From Octopus sinensis (Eukaryota), in contig NW_021835439.1 in the NCBI RefSeq assembly GCF_006345805.1, positions 1 to 39,855 of the forward strand: 39,855 nucleotides of DNA. Reading direction: 5' to 3'. A program made the position numbers and the translations under genes. The notes under the pieces were generated by a model. That model was not told the origin of the DNA. It was given only the letters and a program-made list of their open reading frames with translations, and made no database searches. Shown in pieces: positions 24,348-36,974 of the stretch (position 1 is the stretch's first letter; each line of letters opens with the position of its first letter).

Positions 24348-24956
24348 CGATGACGATGATGATGATGATGATAAGAACAATAATAATAATAGTAAAATTC
24401 CAGCTTTTATCGCCTCCCTCAATATCGTCACTTGCCGCCACCCGAAATGTAACTGACTTGCAGTAGCATTGAAGCGACTAAAAACTCAGGGTAGTTAGGT
24501 ATTATCTTTCATTTACAAGTGATGCAAAATTTCTTTCTTTTTTTTTTTTCCGGCTTTTTTTTATTGCTTTTTTTTTTTTTTTTTTTGCTTTTAAAGAGCT
24601 GGATCTTCAATGTGATAAACATTGCACATATCTTTCAATAGTCTGCGAGAGTTTTCTGAAATATATAAAAAAAAAAAAAAAAAGGAAAAAAAAAAAAAAG
24701 AAAGCACTATGCTTATGTCTCGTTCCAAATGGTGTCACAGCTGGAGGTTTCTAAAATACGCCAAGCTGTTTGCCTTTCGGCTAAATGTTTATCTGCCTTC
24801 GACTTAGCTTCTGCCTCCTCGAAAAAAAAAAAAGAAAACGAAAAAGGAAAAGAAAGAAGAAACCCCCGAAAGAAATGCATTTCTTCAAAATTCTCTTTTA
24901 AGGAATTCTGCATTCTGCTTCCAAATTCTGTTCTGCCATCATGCAGGTTTTGCTTC

Positions 24957-24959
<3 letters not shown>

Positions 24960-24987
<28 letters not shown>

Positions 24988-25670
24988 AAAGTGGGTGCAT
25001 GCATGTGTACGAGTGTGTGTATGTGTGAAAGTGTGTGTGTGAAAGCGTGTGTGTGTGTGTGAAAGTGTGTGCATGCATGTGTGTGTTTGAAATTATGTGT
25101 ATGAGTGTGTGTGTGTGTGTGTGAAAGTGTGTGCATGCATGTATGTGTGCATGTGTGTGTGAGCTTGTATATGCATATATGCTAATGTGTATGAGTGTGT
25201 GTGCGAAAGTGTGTGTGTGTATGTGTGTGTGTGCATGTATGTATGTGAGTTTGTGTATGTTTGTATGCGAATGTATATGAATGTGTATGAATGTGTGTGT
25301 GTGTGAAAGTGTGTGCCTGCGCCCGTGTGTATGTATGCATGTGTGTGTGTGATTGTGTGTATGTAGGCATATGTGCATGTGTGTCTGAGTTTGTGTATAT
25401 GTGTGTGCAAGTGTGTGTGTGAGGGTGTGTGTGTGCATATGGTGTGAGTTTTTGCATATGCATGAGTATGTGTGAGTTTATATGAGCATGTGTGTGCGTT
25501 TGTGTGCAAATGGGTATGTATGAGTGTGCACATAAGTTTGTGCATGTGTGAGTGTGTGTGTGTGCATGCATGCACACGTGTGTGTGAGTGGGATTAGTGT
25601 ATGTATGTGTGTATGCATATGCATGTGTGAGTGTGTATGTGTATGAGTGAGATAGAATATGCATGTCTGC
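24960..25670. repeat. (GT)n/(ATGT)-rich compound microsatellite
   Basis: Direct reading. Confidence 0.9.
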
Positions 25671-25939
25671 TTGTATTCATGTGTGTGTAGGTGTGTATGC
25701 GTTTATACGTAAATGTTCCAGTCCTCTTAATACAATGTAACAATCCAACAAAAAATCTTCTCGTGAAGTCACTTACCCTGCTAGAAATAGCAGCCAAGTT
25801 TCCTTCGTCAAGGGTCTTCATCAGTCAGGATTGACCATGTATCTGTTTTTGCATGGACAGGTTTAGACAAAGGTACAAGGTATATTCTAGAAGCTTTCAG
25901 CCATTTTCAGAGAAGACATTTATTAATTTCAAAGAACTA

Positions 25940-27026
25940 CAAGGTCGCATCAAAAGGTCCCCAGACTAGTTCTGTAGTGCGCCAACAGATGGCAGTGCAT
26001 GGTTATGTGCACAGTGAGAGCTAGCAATGACTTTCATGAGGCAGTGTGCTGGGTGACATTTTTTTGTGATCACATGTTTGCTGTAGTCTGCGATTTTTGT
26101 CATGGACAGGAAGTTGGAAGAAAGCGCCAACGTGAAATTTTGCACTAAATTTGGGAAGTCTGCTACAGAGACATTGAGCATTCTCCAGCAAGCTTACAAA
26201 TGATGTGGCACTGGGTCAAATGCAACGTTTTGAGTGGCACAGGCACTTCAAAAGTGGAAGAATGTCCCTGTAAGACGATGAGCGATCTAGAAGGCCTGCC
26301 ACAAGGGTCACCCCCGCAGAAATGTGGTATTGTACATCGAGAATTTGTTCCCCAGGACCAGACCATCACTCAAGAGTTCTACTGAGATGATATGAACCAT
26401 CTGAGGGAAGACATTCAGCAAAAACAACTGGGTCTGTGAGATGCAAAGAATTGGATTTTTTATGACGACAATGCATTCTGTAACCAAGCTCTCCTCACTC
26501 GTAAGTTTCTCACCAAAAACAACATGGCATCATTTCTGCACCCACCCTATTCGCCAAATTAAGCACCTGCAGACTTCCATCTCTTCCCCAAGATGAAAAT
26601 GCAGCTCAAAGGTCACCATTGTAATGCTGCTATTGAGATCCAGAGTGAATCACAGGAGGTCCTTGACTTGCTTACAGAAAATAACTTCCACGCCAGATTC
26701 CAAAAGTAGCAAGAATGCTGGGACCAGTGTATTGCTGTGCAAAGTAACTATTTCAAAGAAAAGGATGTCAAAACTTAGGTTAATAAGTTATTTTTTATTA
26801 AACATAACTAGAAGACTTCCCAAGTTTAATGTATAATTTCAATTTTGGCTCTTTGTTCCATGTGATCACAAAAACACAAGTTTCAAAACTTGTGAAGTAA
26901 ACACAGTGATGCCACTCAGCACACTGCCTCATGAAGGTCACTGCTAGCACTCACTAGGCACACAACTGTGTGCTGCCATCTGTTGGCATGCTACAGAACT
27001 AGTGTCTGAAAAATTCAACATCCTTG
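25940..27026 (+). mobile_element. Internally deleted, decayed mariner (DD34D-type) transposon
   Basis: N-terminus MDRKLEESANVKFCTKFGKSATETLSILQQAY starts at 26102. The C-terminal part from 26341 reads EFVPQDQTITQEFY*...WIFYDDNA...HPPYSPN*APADFHLFPKMK...W..C.....YF with several stops. Degenerate inverted termini share ctagttctgtag..ccaacagatggcag, and TA lies at the left end. Confidence 0.85.
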
Positions 27027-27730
27027 CTGGAAAATATAGTGTGTATGTGCATAAGACAGATGGGTGTAATTTGAAAGAGATTTAGCTGCTATTTCTAACA
27101 GGTCTAATGACAATGTAGAGGTTTCCTTCATCAGCTCATGCATACAGTCTTTTATGACATACAAGTCAATGTAGAGTGTAGAGTAAACACATATTGTAAA
27201 TATTCAGACATCGTCACTATCTTTCCAAATCCTGTTGCATTTCACATGGAATTTTTGGTCCTCCAAAGTTGTTTTGGTGTATAAGTCAACTTGGCCATTT
27301 TGGCTTCAAATTTTGGTCTGAAAAATTCGATTTGTATGCTGGGAAATATAATATGTTTTTTGCATCATCTGTATGTGTCCATTTTGGTAAGTTTTTATGA
27401 ATAAATAGCATCTCAGATTAGCAGAAACTGTTAGTTCTGGTTGCAAGCATTATTTTTCAGATGGCTGAACAGGGATGCCAGAAAGCAAAGCCCTGAGGCA
27501 TTATTCAAAAGTCTCAGGGGAAACCTTAGTTTAATTCTGTATGCTTTTTAAGAGGACTGTTATGTAATTGTGGGTGTTTAGAAGCTAAACTGTTGATGAA
27601 TATTCTCCTGATGTGAGATTTTGGGTTATAGCATCAGATAGTAATTCAAATTACCCCTCTTCATTTGTGTATATAAATATATATAAATATATGTAGAAGG
27701 TTGAAAAAGAAACACACGAGTTGATATATA

Positions 27731-28185
27731 TATATGGAAAAAAAGTCAAGGTAAAAAATGCTAAAATAATTTTATGAAATACATTTCAGTACTGGCTTCA
27801 GTCATTGAGACTTTTTCAACTGTAAGTATGGAAAACAATAAAATTTTAGAAAAATCAAAAGAAAAGTATTTTAAAAGAATATTTGCATAGTATTCAAATA
27901 CAAGGGGCATTTTCCTTGTTTCTGCTTGTCTCTGTCCCTGGTTTACTTGACCTCGAACTCACAAGAGGAAACAAGAGGGACAGAGACAGGCAGAAACAAG
28001 GAAAATGCCCCTTGTATTTGAATTCTATGCAAATGTTCTTTTAAAATACTTTTCATTTCATTTTTCCAAAATTTAATTGTTTTCCATACTTTGTTTTCCA
28101 AACATTGAAAACGTCTCAATGACCAAAACTGGCATTGAAATTATTATTTTAGCATTTTCTACCTTGACTTTTTTTTTCCATATAT
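27731..28185. repeat. Foldback element with ~210-bp arms and a 36-nt spacer
   Basis: 27731-27939 matches the reverse complement of 27976-28185. The inner ~78 bp are nearly perfect and the outer parts have indels. Confidence 0.9.
27784..27826 (-). ncRNA. Decayed U3-A8 variant hammerhead motif
   Basis: CAG UUGAAAA AGUC UCAAU GACU GAAG CCAG UA CUG. Stems I and II pair, but A15.1 is changed to G. Confidence 0.45.
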
Positions 28186-28199
28186 ATAAATATATATAT

Positions 28200-28583
28200 T
28201 CTTTTATTCTTTTACTTGTTTCACTCATTTGACTGCGGCCATGCTGGAGCACCGCCTTTAGTCGAACAAATCGACCCCAGGACTTATTCTTTGTTAGCTT
28301 AGTACTTATTCTATTGGTCTCTTTTGCCAAACCGCTAAATTACAGAGACGTAAACACACCAGCATCAGTTGTCAAGCGATGTTGGGGCAACAAACACAGA
28401 CACATACACACACACACACACACATATGATGAGCTTCTTTAAGTTTCCGACTGCCAAATCCACTCACAAGGTTTTGGTCGGCCCGAGGCTATGGTAGAAG
28501 ACACTTGCCCAAAATGCCATGCTGTGGGACTGAACCCAGAACCATGTGGTTGGTAAGCAAGCTAACTTACCCCACAGCCACTC
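28200..28583 (-). mobile_element. SINE family 1, near full length
   Basis: Reverse complement of the 28996-29429 sequence. Confidence 0.9.
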
Positions 28584-28790
28584 AAGGCACATCAACATGT
28601 AAGATGCTAGAAAATGGCTAGGTACAAACACATAGAACTCACAGTGAAATAAAACATTGCAGACTTCAAGTGCTGGTAGGATACCATAGATACGCAAGTA
28701 CCAAAATCAATTTGTAACCATTAGTCTGACTTACCAGTGGATCCTTGGTGAGACATAACTATAAAATGGCAAATGCAAATGGTGTTTAAA

Positions 28791-28870
28791 ATCTTGATAG
28801 CTGTTTCAGTAGAATTCTATTTAATGTTAAAGATTATATCATAATGTATAATCCACCATCATCAGATAAA
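28791..28870 (-). ncRNA. Decayed hammerhead motif
   Basis: CUGAUGA (28865-28859), imperfect stem II, then GAAA CAGCUA UC AAGAU. Stems I and III are damaged. Confidence 0.35.
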
Positions 28871-28995
28871 ACTTTAACCCTTTTGATGCCAGCCTGGCTG
28901 AAGCACCCTCTTATTGCACTCTCATCAGAGGTGTCTACATCCTTCTGACAGTTTCCAAAAAACAAGCGGCCGAACTGTTTATTTATATATATATA

Positions 28996-29157
28996 GGCGC
29001 AGGAGTGGCTGTGTGGTAAGTAGCTTGCTAACCAACAACATGGTTCCGGGTTCAGTCCCGCTGCATGGCATCTTGGGCAAGTGTCTTCTGCTATAGCCCC
29101 GGGCCGACCAATGCCTTGTGAGTGGATTTGGTAGACGGAAACTGAAAGAAGCCTGTC

Positions 29158-29215
<58 letters not shown>

Positions 29216-29429
29216 TTGTGTGTCTGTGTTTGTCCCCCTAGCATTGCCTGACAACTGATGCTGGTGTGTTTACGTCCCCGTCACTTAGCGGTTCGGCAAA
29301 AGAGACCGATAGAATAAGTACTGGGCTTACAAAGAATAAGTCCCAGGATCGATTTGCTCGACTAAAGGCGGTGCTCCAGCACGGCCGCAGTCAAATGACT
29401 GAAACAAGTAAAAGAGTAAAGAGTAAGAG
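28996..29429 (+). mobile_element. Full-length tRNA-headed cephalopod SINE (family 1)
   Basis: GGCGCAGGAGTGGCTGTGTGGTAAG head with a GGTTCAGTCC B-box-like motif, a central TA/TG microsatellite, and a 3' ...GACTGAAACAAGTAAAAGAG tail. Confidence 0.9.
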
Positions 29430-29719
29430 TATATATATATCAACATCAGTAAATCATATATCCAAAAGAGAAGCACACTCTAAGTTACAGAGCAGTAGAG
29501 TATTTAGATAAAGATAGTTATGACCAGTTTGTAAGGTTACTCAGGGTTTTGCATCTATAAAGCGCTTAGCTTTACAACCTCTCGTCAGACCCTAGGATAT
29601 GTATGTGTATGTAAAGAAAAAAAACTTGATTTTGCTTTTATTTATTAATGCTTTCGTTAATATTGAATCAATTTTTTACCTGATTATACACTGGAGTTGG
29701 TGGCATATGTCCACAGTAG

Positions 29720-29989
<270 letters not shown>

Positions 29990-30204
29990 TAACCTTTGCC
30001 ATTGTTTGTTCATTTATCTTTTTTTTCCAAGGCTTGCTTGGGTAAGACAGGTCTTCTCTACCATGGAGTATAGCTACTTGATGTGGTCCTTTATCATGGG
30101 GACCAGCCTTCTGAGGTCGAGTTTCACCGCTTCTACCCTAGCTGACTTTTGCAGATTCCTTTCACCTGGATCATACTGCTCTTATTTTTTACCCAGCTGT
30201 CATC

Positions 30205-30537
30205 TTCCTTCTGTACCACATGTATTTATGTACCACAAGTTGATATGTACCTCATGTCCATATCTGCCTCATGTTCATAGGTACTTCACATCCCTCTGTA
30301 CCACATGTCCACATGAACTGCATGTCCATGTGTACCACATGTCCTTATGTACCTCATGCCTATATGTACCACATTTCCATATGTAACACATGTCCATGTG
30401 TACCACATGCATATCTACCACTTGTTCGTAAGTACCTCATTTCCATATGTACCACTTGCCCATATGTACCACATGTCCATATGTACCTTATTTCCATATG
30501 TACCCCATTTCCATATGTATCACATGTCCATATGTCC
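30205..30537. repeat. 17-bp minisatellite, consensus CATATGTACCACATGTC, about 19-20 degenerate units
   Basis: The 17-nt periodicity is clearest at 30461-30537. Confidence 0.85.
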
Positions 30538-30812
30538 TCTGAGCAGGCATCACCATGACAATTTTCTTTGTCATTGTCAATGCAACGATCACACACTACA
30601 CACCTTCCTTCCAAGCACTGCTGTAAACAGTGAAAGTGAGCTAGAATGTTAAAACTTCGTGTGCATACACAGCAGAGCTCAAGGTCAATTTGTGCCAAGC
30701 TGCTTTGCTCTGTATGCTTTAGTTTCGTAACTATGGCAACAGTCCAGATACTTATTGATCAAACCACATATATTCGTATGTGTGTTGTGTGTATGGTATG
30801 TGTATGTGTATG

Positions 30813-30870
<58 letters not shown>

Positions 30871-31899
30871 ATACACATACAGGTATGTTGATGCAAACAG
30901 GGAAAATATAACTCAAAGTAAGATTGTATATATATATTTTTATTAATATTTAACAGAGTGACTCAAGTTTTGCGTATTTGTGCACTTACGCATCCACATA
31001 TACCCAGGTACTATGACATACATTTATATAAGCATATTTATATATGTATATAATTATATGTACATATGTGTATATGCATGTGTATATATATTTATGTGTG
31101 TGTGTATATATATATCTATATATATATCTACATATATATATACATATATATATATATGTCAATAGATGCATATAGACAAATATACACACACAGGCAAACA
31201 CATATAGTATATGAACATGTATATGTGGTGTGTGTCTGTGTACATGAGTCTGAGTGTGTGTATATGTTTGTGTATGTATGTACACACACACACACACACA
31301 CACACAAGTATACGCACACACACACACACACACAAGTATACGCACACTCACACACACACACACACACACACATAGGCTCAGCAAAATGGTAACATAATTA
31401 CTTACCTCACATCATCTAAGTTATGTTGCAAATAACAAATTTCTTTTCCTCTTGTTTTTCTCATTCCAGTAAGGTGTGTGTGTGTGTGTGTGTGCATGGA
31501 GACATAGCTATGTGGGTAAGAAGTTTGCTTTGCAACCAGATGGTTTCAGTTCAATCCCAGCGTCTGGAACATTGGGACACATGTCTTCTACGATAGCTAT
31601 GAGCTGACCAAAGCTGTCTGAGTGGATCTGATTGATACAAACTGAAAGAAGCTTGCATGTGTGTGTGTGTGTACATATATGTGTGTGCATGTGTATGTGA
31701 GTGTGTGTATGTGCATATGTCTGTGTATGTGTGTGTGTGTACATGCATGGGTATGTGTGTGCATGTGTGTGTATGTATGTGTGTGCATGTATGCATCTGT
31801 GTATGTATGTTCATGTGTATGTTTGTTTGTGTGTGAGTGTGTGTGTGTGTGTGTGAGAGTGTGTGTGTGTGTGTGTGTATAGTAATAAGTTAGTATGTT

Positions 31900-32248
31900 C
31901 CCTCCAAAGAACCCACCAAAGAATCCTAGCTTTCCATAATAACACTGTTTTCTGGAGCTGTATTAAACTGGGTTTTATGCCTATTTCCTCTATCCATCTG
32001 TTCAGATCTTTAGGGATAGTTCCCAATACACCTATAACTACTGGGATACATTTTACTTGCACTTTCCATAGTCTCTGTATTTCAATGGCTAGGTCCTGGT
32101 GCTTTGCTATTTTTTCTATACCTCTTATATTGATTTTTTTTTCATCATTTGGGACTGTAAAGTCAATTTTCTGGCATTTTCTATTCTCTTTATCTACTAC
32201 TACTAAACCAGGCTTTCTAGCTTCTATTACTCTGTCAGTCTGAATGTT
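31900..32248 (-). mobile_element. Second R4/Dong-clade endonuclease-domain fragment
   Basis: ORF 31811-32269 contains QTDRVIEARKPGLVVVDKENRKCQKIDFTVP...EKIAKHQDLAIEIQRLWKV...IPVVIGVLGTIPK...LQKTVLL, the PD-(D/E)xK RLE signature, slightly degenerate. Confidence 0.8.
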
Positions 32249-32250
32249 AA

Positions 32251-32838
32251 TTATTATTTTTATCACCATTTCTCTTTATAACAATTTTGTTGGAGCTCCT
32301 GGAGTCTTGCATTCATAGTGAGCTTATTACCTGCAGCCTACAGTGCCATGCTATCCATTATTTTCAGCTATCTAATACTTTCCTGATTATTCTGGCCGTG
32401 TCAAGGAGGCAAACATTTTGTAACAGTTCTATTGGGTACTCTGTTCCAATTTCCTTTATATCCCTCTTGATGCCTTCAGACACTGTTCCTAAGAACCCGA
32501 CAATAATTGACACTATCTTCACCATCTTCATTGTCCATTGCCAGGCTATTTCTTACTTGACAGGGTTGTATCTAACAATATTTTTACCTTTCTTCTTGAC
32601 TATTTGTGGGTCAAAGGGACATGTAACGCCATCTATATAGAATATGTGATGCACCTTGTCCACCACCACTAGGTCCAGTCTGTTATGCTCTAGCACCCTA
32701 TCTATTTGGATTGCGAAATCCCAGAGGATTTTGCTCGTTTCCAACTCCTCCACTCCATGTAGTTTGTGTTCATATCATGTCTTGCCTCTCTCTAGCCCCC
32801 ACTTTTTGCACAGTTTCCCATGTAGCACTTTCACTGCC
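32251..32838 (-). mobile_element. R4/Dong-clade non-LTR retrotransposon 3' fragment (restriction-like endonuclease region, 3' UTR, TAA tail)
   Basis: Reads KLCKKWGLERGKT*YEH...KILWDFAIQIDRVLEHNRLDLVVVDK...TCPFD...GFLGTV...LQNVCLLDTARIIRKVLDS*. A 3' UTR follows, ending in gtgataaaaataataat. Confidence 0.75.
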
Positions 32839-32884
<46 letters not shown>

Positions 32885-33589
32885 CATTATTATTATTATT
32901 AAATAGTAATAATATCAAATATATCATTATTATTAGATTGATGATAATCCTTTAATCTTTGACATTAATAAAGTTTTATTTGCTTAGGTCAGATTTAGAC
33001 ACCATTTGAAGAAGACAGACATGAACATTTTCATTACTCCTGAATGTTATGGATATTTATACTCTAAACATATCTGTGTGTCATCTAACAAAACAAATAA
33101 TCTGCACAAGACTGATTACTTTGTGAATTTCATCTAACATTTATATTCCGCAAAGTAAACAATCTGTAAAGACTGACAGTGCTACTTACTTTAAACCTCT
33201 CTTGAATAATATTACAAAGACATACATAAAACACAATACTTAATACACATAATTTGATTATTATAAAGACAAAGCTAGTTGTAATCTATCTGAAAATACA
33301 TGACAGAACAGAAAGGAGCTTTACCTCATGTAAACCTTACATAACATTAAATGACCACAAGGAAAATTTTTTAGAAAAACCACATATATGCACAGATGCT
33401 TAGTGGTATTTCGTCTGCCGTTACATTCTGAGTTCAAATTCCGCCAAGGTCGACTTTGCCTTTCATCCTTTCGGAGTTGATAAATTAAGTACCAGTTACG
33501 CACTGGAGTCGATGTAATCGACTTAATCCCTCTGTCTGTCCTTGTTTGTCCCCTCTATGTTTAGCCCCTCATGGGCAATAAAGAAATAA

Positions 33590-33736
33590 GAAGCTTGCTT
33601 CCCAATCACATGACCCCGGGTTCATTTCTACTGCATGCCATTTTAGGCAAAGTATCTTCTACTATAGCCTGAGGCCAACCACAGCTTTGTGAGTGGGTTT
33701 GGTAGATAGAAACTGAAAGAAGCCCGTCATACACAT

Positions 33737-33767
<31 letters not shown>

Positions 33768-34020
33768 CATATATATATATACACACATCTATGTGTCTCT
33801 CTTTGTGTCTGTGATTGTCCCTACCGACACCACACCGCTTGACAACTGGTGCTGGTGAGCTTACATCCCCCATAACTTAGCAGTTCAGCAAAAGAGATCA
33901 ATAGAATAAGTACCGAGCTTTAAAAAAGTACTGAGGTCAATTTGTTTGACTGCAAATTGAAGGTGGTGCCCCAGCATGGCCTCAGTCTAATGACTGAAAC
34001 AAGTAAAAGATAAAAGAGAA
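33590..34020 (+). mobile_element. SINE family 1, 5'-clipped diverged copy
   Basis: Runs from agcttgcttcccaa through gactgaaacaagtaaaaga. Further fragments lie at 282-478, 2570-2730, 5370-5555, 9550-9700, 17450-17640, 22787-22832, 31495-31655 and 36468-36580. Confidence 0.8.
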
Positions 34021-34040
34021 AAGATGCAATTTGAATTGCA

Positions 34041-34504
34041 GTGGAGGGAACCTGTGGAAAGGGTAAACCCAGGAAGACATGGGACAAAGTGGTGAGAAAG
34101 GATCTTCAGATGCTGGGCCTCACTGAGGAGATGACAAAATATGGGGCTTATGGTGATTTGTTGTACTTGGGAAGACATTTCAAGCTAAATAAAATTGTGA
34201 CCATCCATGCAGACAGGCATGTCTTTTTATGGCCATACCCACCACTCCCTCTCCCAGTTGAAAGGTCTTTGCCTTGTGGGTGCCGGTGTCACATAAAATG
34301 CACTTGTGCCAGTGCCATGTGAGATGAATCCATGCAGGTGGCACATAAAAAGCACCCAGTAGCATACTTTGTAAAGTGGTTGGCATCAAGAAGGTATCCA
34401 ACCATAGAAAGCATGTCAAAACAAATAATTGGGGTTGCATAGCTCTGGTCAAGCCATCCAACCCATGCCAGCATATAAAACAGACGTTAAATGATGATGA
34501 TGAT
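34041..34504 (+). mobile_element. RTE 3'-end fragment
   Basis: Encodes VEGTCGKGKPRKTWDKVVRKDLQMLGLTEEMT, followed by the shared 3' UTR motifs and a GAT tail. Confidence 0.8.
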
Positions 34505-34810
34505 AACTGGTCACATTATCTTAACTCTAATTGGTGACTTCTTATTATTTTCTTTGAAGGCACATACCTCAGTGGTTAGAGCATCAGGCTCACAATCATG
34601 AAGTAGTGACTTCAAATCCCAGACTGGGCTGTGTGTTGTGCTTTTGAGCAAGACCCTTTATTTCACGTTCTTTCAGTTCACTCACCTGTGGAAATGAGTT
34701 GTGACATCACTGGGGCCAAGCTGTTTCAATCTTTGCCTTTCCCTTGGATAACATCAGTGGCATAGAGAGGGGAGGCTGGTATGCATGGGCGACTGCTGGT
34801 CTTCCATAAA

Positions 34811-35399
34811 AACCAGCCTTGCCCAGACTTGTGCCTCAGAGGGTAACTTTCTAGTGCAATCCCATGGTCATTCATAATTAATATTTCTGTTCTTACAACA
34901 TTAATTGTCCTACTAATTCGAATTGGTTGTTTTATTTTCAAAATTGGTATTGCAATTCTTCAAGGTTATATTTCGTTTTTCTTTGCATTGGAGGCTCATG
35001 AAATCCTGTAAAAATATAATTAGCAAACATTTCAGATTCAGAGTTTGATACCATAGTAAATTGGGTACCACGGTACTCTAAGATTGAATCTAAACTAGAA
35101 CTGGAACCAACCTTGCCCAGACTTGTGCTTCGAAGGGTAACTTTCTAGGTGCAATACCATGGTCATTCATAATCAATATTTCTGTTCTTACAACATTAAT
35201 TGTCCTACTAATTCGGATTGGTTGTTTTATTTTCAAAATTGGTATTGCAATTCTTCAAGGTTATATTTCGTTTTTCTCTGCAATGCAGGCTCATGAAATC
35301 CTGTAAAAATATAATTAGCAAACATTTCAGATTCAGAGTTTGATGCCATAGTAAATTGGGTACCACGGTACCCTCAGATTGAATCTAAACTAGAACTAG
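34811..35399. repeat. Direct tandem duplication with a ~294-bp unit
   Basis: 34811-35104 versus 35105-35399, with about 15 differences by eye. Confidence 0.95.
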
Positions 35400-35499
35400 A
35401 AGTTGATAAGGTGCTGGAATTATTCCAATTTATTTATATTTTGGCTCCAGCCGTCACGGAAATGTGCCTGCTACCTCGGCAGAAGATATCATCATGTTC

Positions 35500-36220
35500 A
35501 ATGTCTTCTGTGACATCATTGTCATCATCATCATCATCATCATTGTCGTTGTCATCGTCATCACCACCATCGTCAAGATCGTCGTCTCCAGCAACAATAA
35601 CAACCACCACCTCTTCTATCACAGCCATCCCCACCACTACCATCATCACTATCATCATCATCACAACCACCACCATCAACAGCAGCATCCTCATCATCAT
35701 CATAATCATCATCATCATCATCATATTATCATCCCTTATCATCATCATCACACTCATCATAATCCTCTTTATCATCACATTCATTGTAATGATAATAATA
35801 ATAATAATAATATAATAATAATAATCAACGCCATCATCATCATCATCATCATCAGCACTATTGCCCTCACCATCACTACCACCGCCACCAACACCACCAC
35901 CACCAGCATCAACATCTGTGCAGTCTGCAGTAGCAGCAGTTGTGGCGACATCATCATTATTATTATATTACCAAAGCCAGTGAGGCATATACGAAGCATA
36001 TCATGCTTATTGCTGGATTCGTCTTCATCATCATCATACTCATCATCGTTGTCATCAGCAGCGTCATTACCATCATCATTATCATCGTCGTCATCATCAT
36101 TATCATTATTATCACTATCATCCTCATCAACATCAGCATCATCATCCTCACCATCATCATTATCACATCATATTCATCATCATCATCATCATCATTATTA
36201 TTATTAAGTAATCATTATTA
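35500..36220. repeat. (CAT)n/(AAT)n/(CAC)n compound field
   Basis: Direct reading. Similar fields lie at 4790-5100 and 23960-24390. Confidence 0.9.
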
Positions 36221-36259
36221 ATTATTCCATGTATGAAAGGAAAGAGAAAACTATATGTA

Positions 36260-36297
<38 letters not shown>

Positions 36298-36974
36298 GGC
36301 AAAGATATTGTGACATTTCTATTAGAACTAAAAGTACAGCTCCAATGCTTATGCAGTGGCATCAGCTGAATTGGTGGTGGTGGTGGTGGTGGTGTTGGTG
36401 GTGGTGGTGGTGGTGGTGGTGGTAGAGAAACACATTTACTGTTATGCTTCTGTTTTTGCATTTCTTTAGGTGCAGGCATGGCTGTGTGGTAAGAAGCTTG
36501 CCTCCCAACCACATGGTTCTGGTTTTAGTCCCACTGCATGGCACGCACCTTGGGGGCAAGAGTCTTCAGCTATAGCCTTCTTTTGTTGTCATATTATTAT
36601 TATTATTAATTATATATATATATATATTTATATAGAGAGTTAGTGGTTAAAAATAAACAATATAATTGGTCATACACCTTCAAATCATCCCCATATATTC
36701 ATGCCATAGAATATAAATACATATCAATACCAGGATGTTTAGCACACAAAGCCCGAAGGTATAAAAATATACATATATACACACATATAAAAGGACGTGT
36801 GCAAACCTGTAAAAAATGTGGGAAGATAAAAATGTATGAAGAAAATATGAATGTATATAGCGAGGCAATTAAAAATAATACAGTTAAGCTATTAAATGTA
36901 AAGTGAATCCAGGATAATATCCATCGTCAAGTCCAAAAGGAAAAGGAATTCAGAACAATGTAAGAATAAATAAA

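Noticed and set aside
25790-25830. Minus-strand CUGAUGA...GAAAC
   Set aside because: Stem II, stem I and the NUH triplet cannot be formed.
27100-27140. Minus-strand CUGAUGA-AG-GAAAC
   Set aside because: There is no stem II and no stem I pairing.
30205-30537. CRISPR-like appearance of the partly palindromic 17-bp repeats
   Set aside because: The units are contiguous with no unique spacers, there are no cas genes, and the context is eukaryotic.
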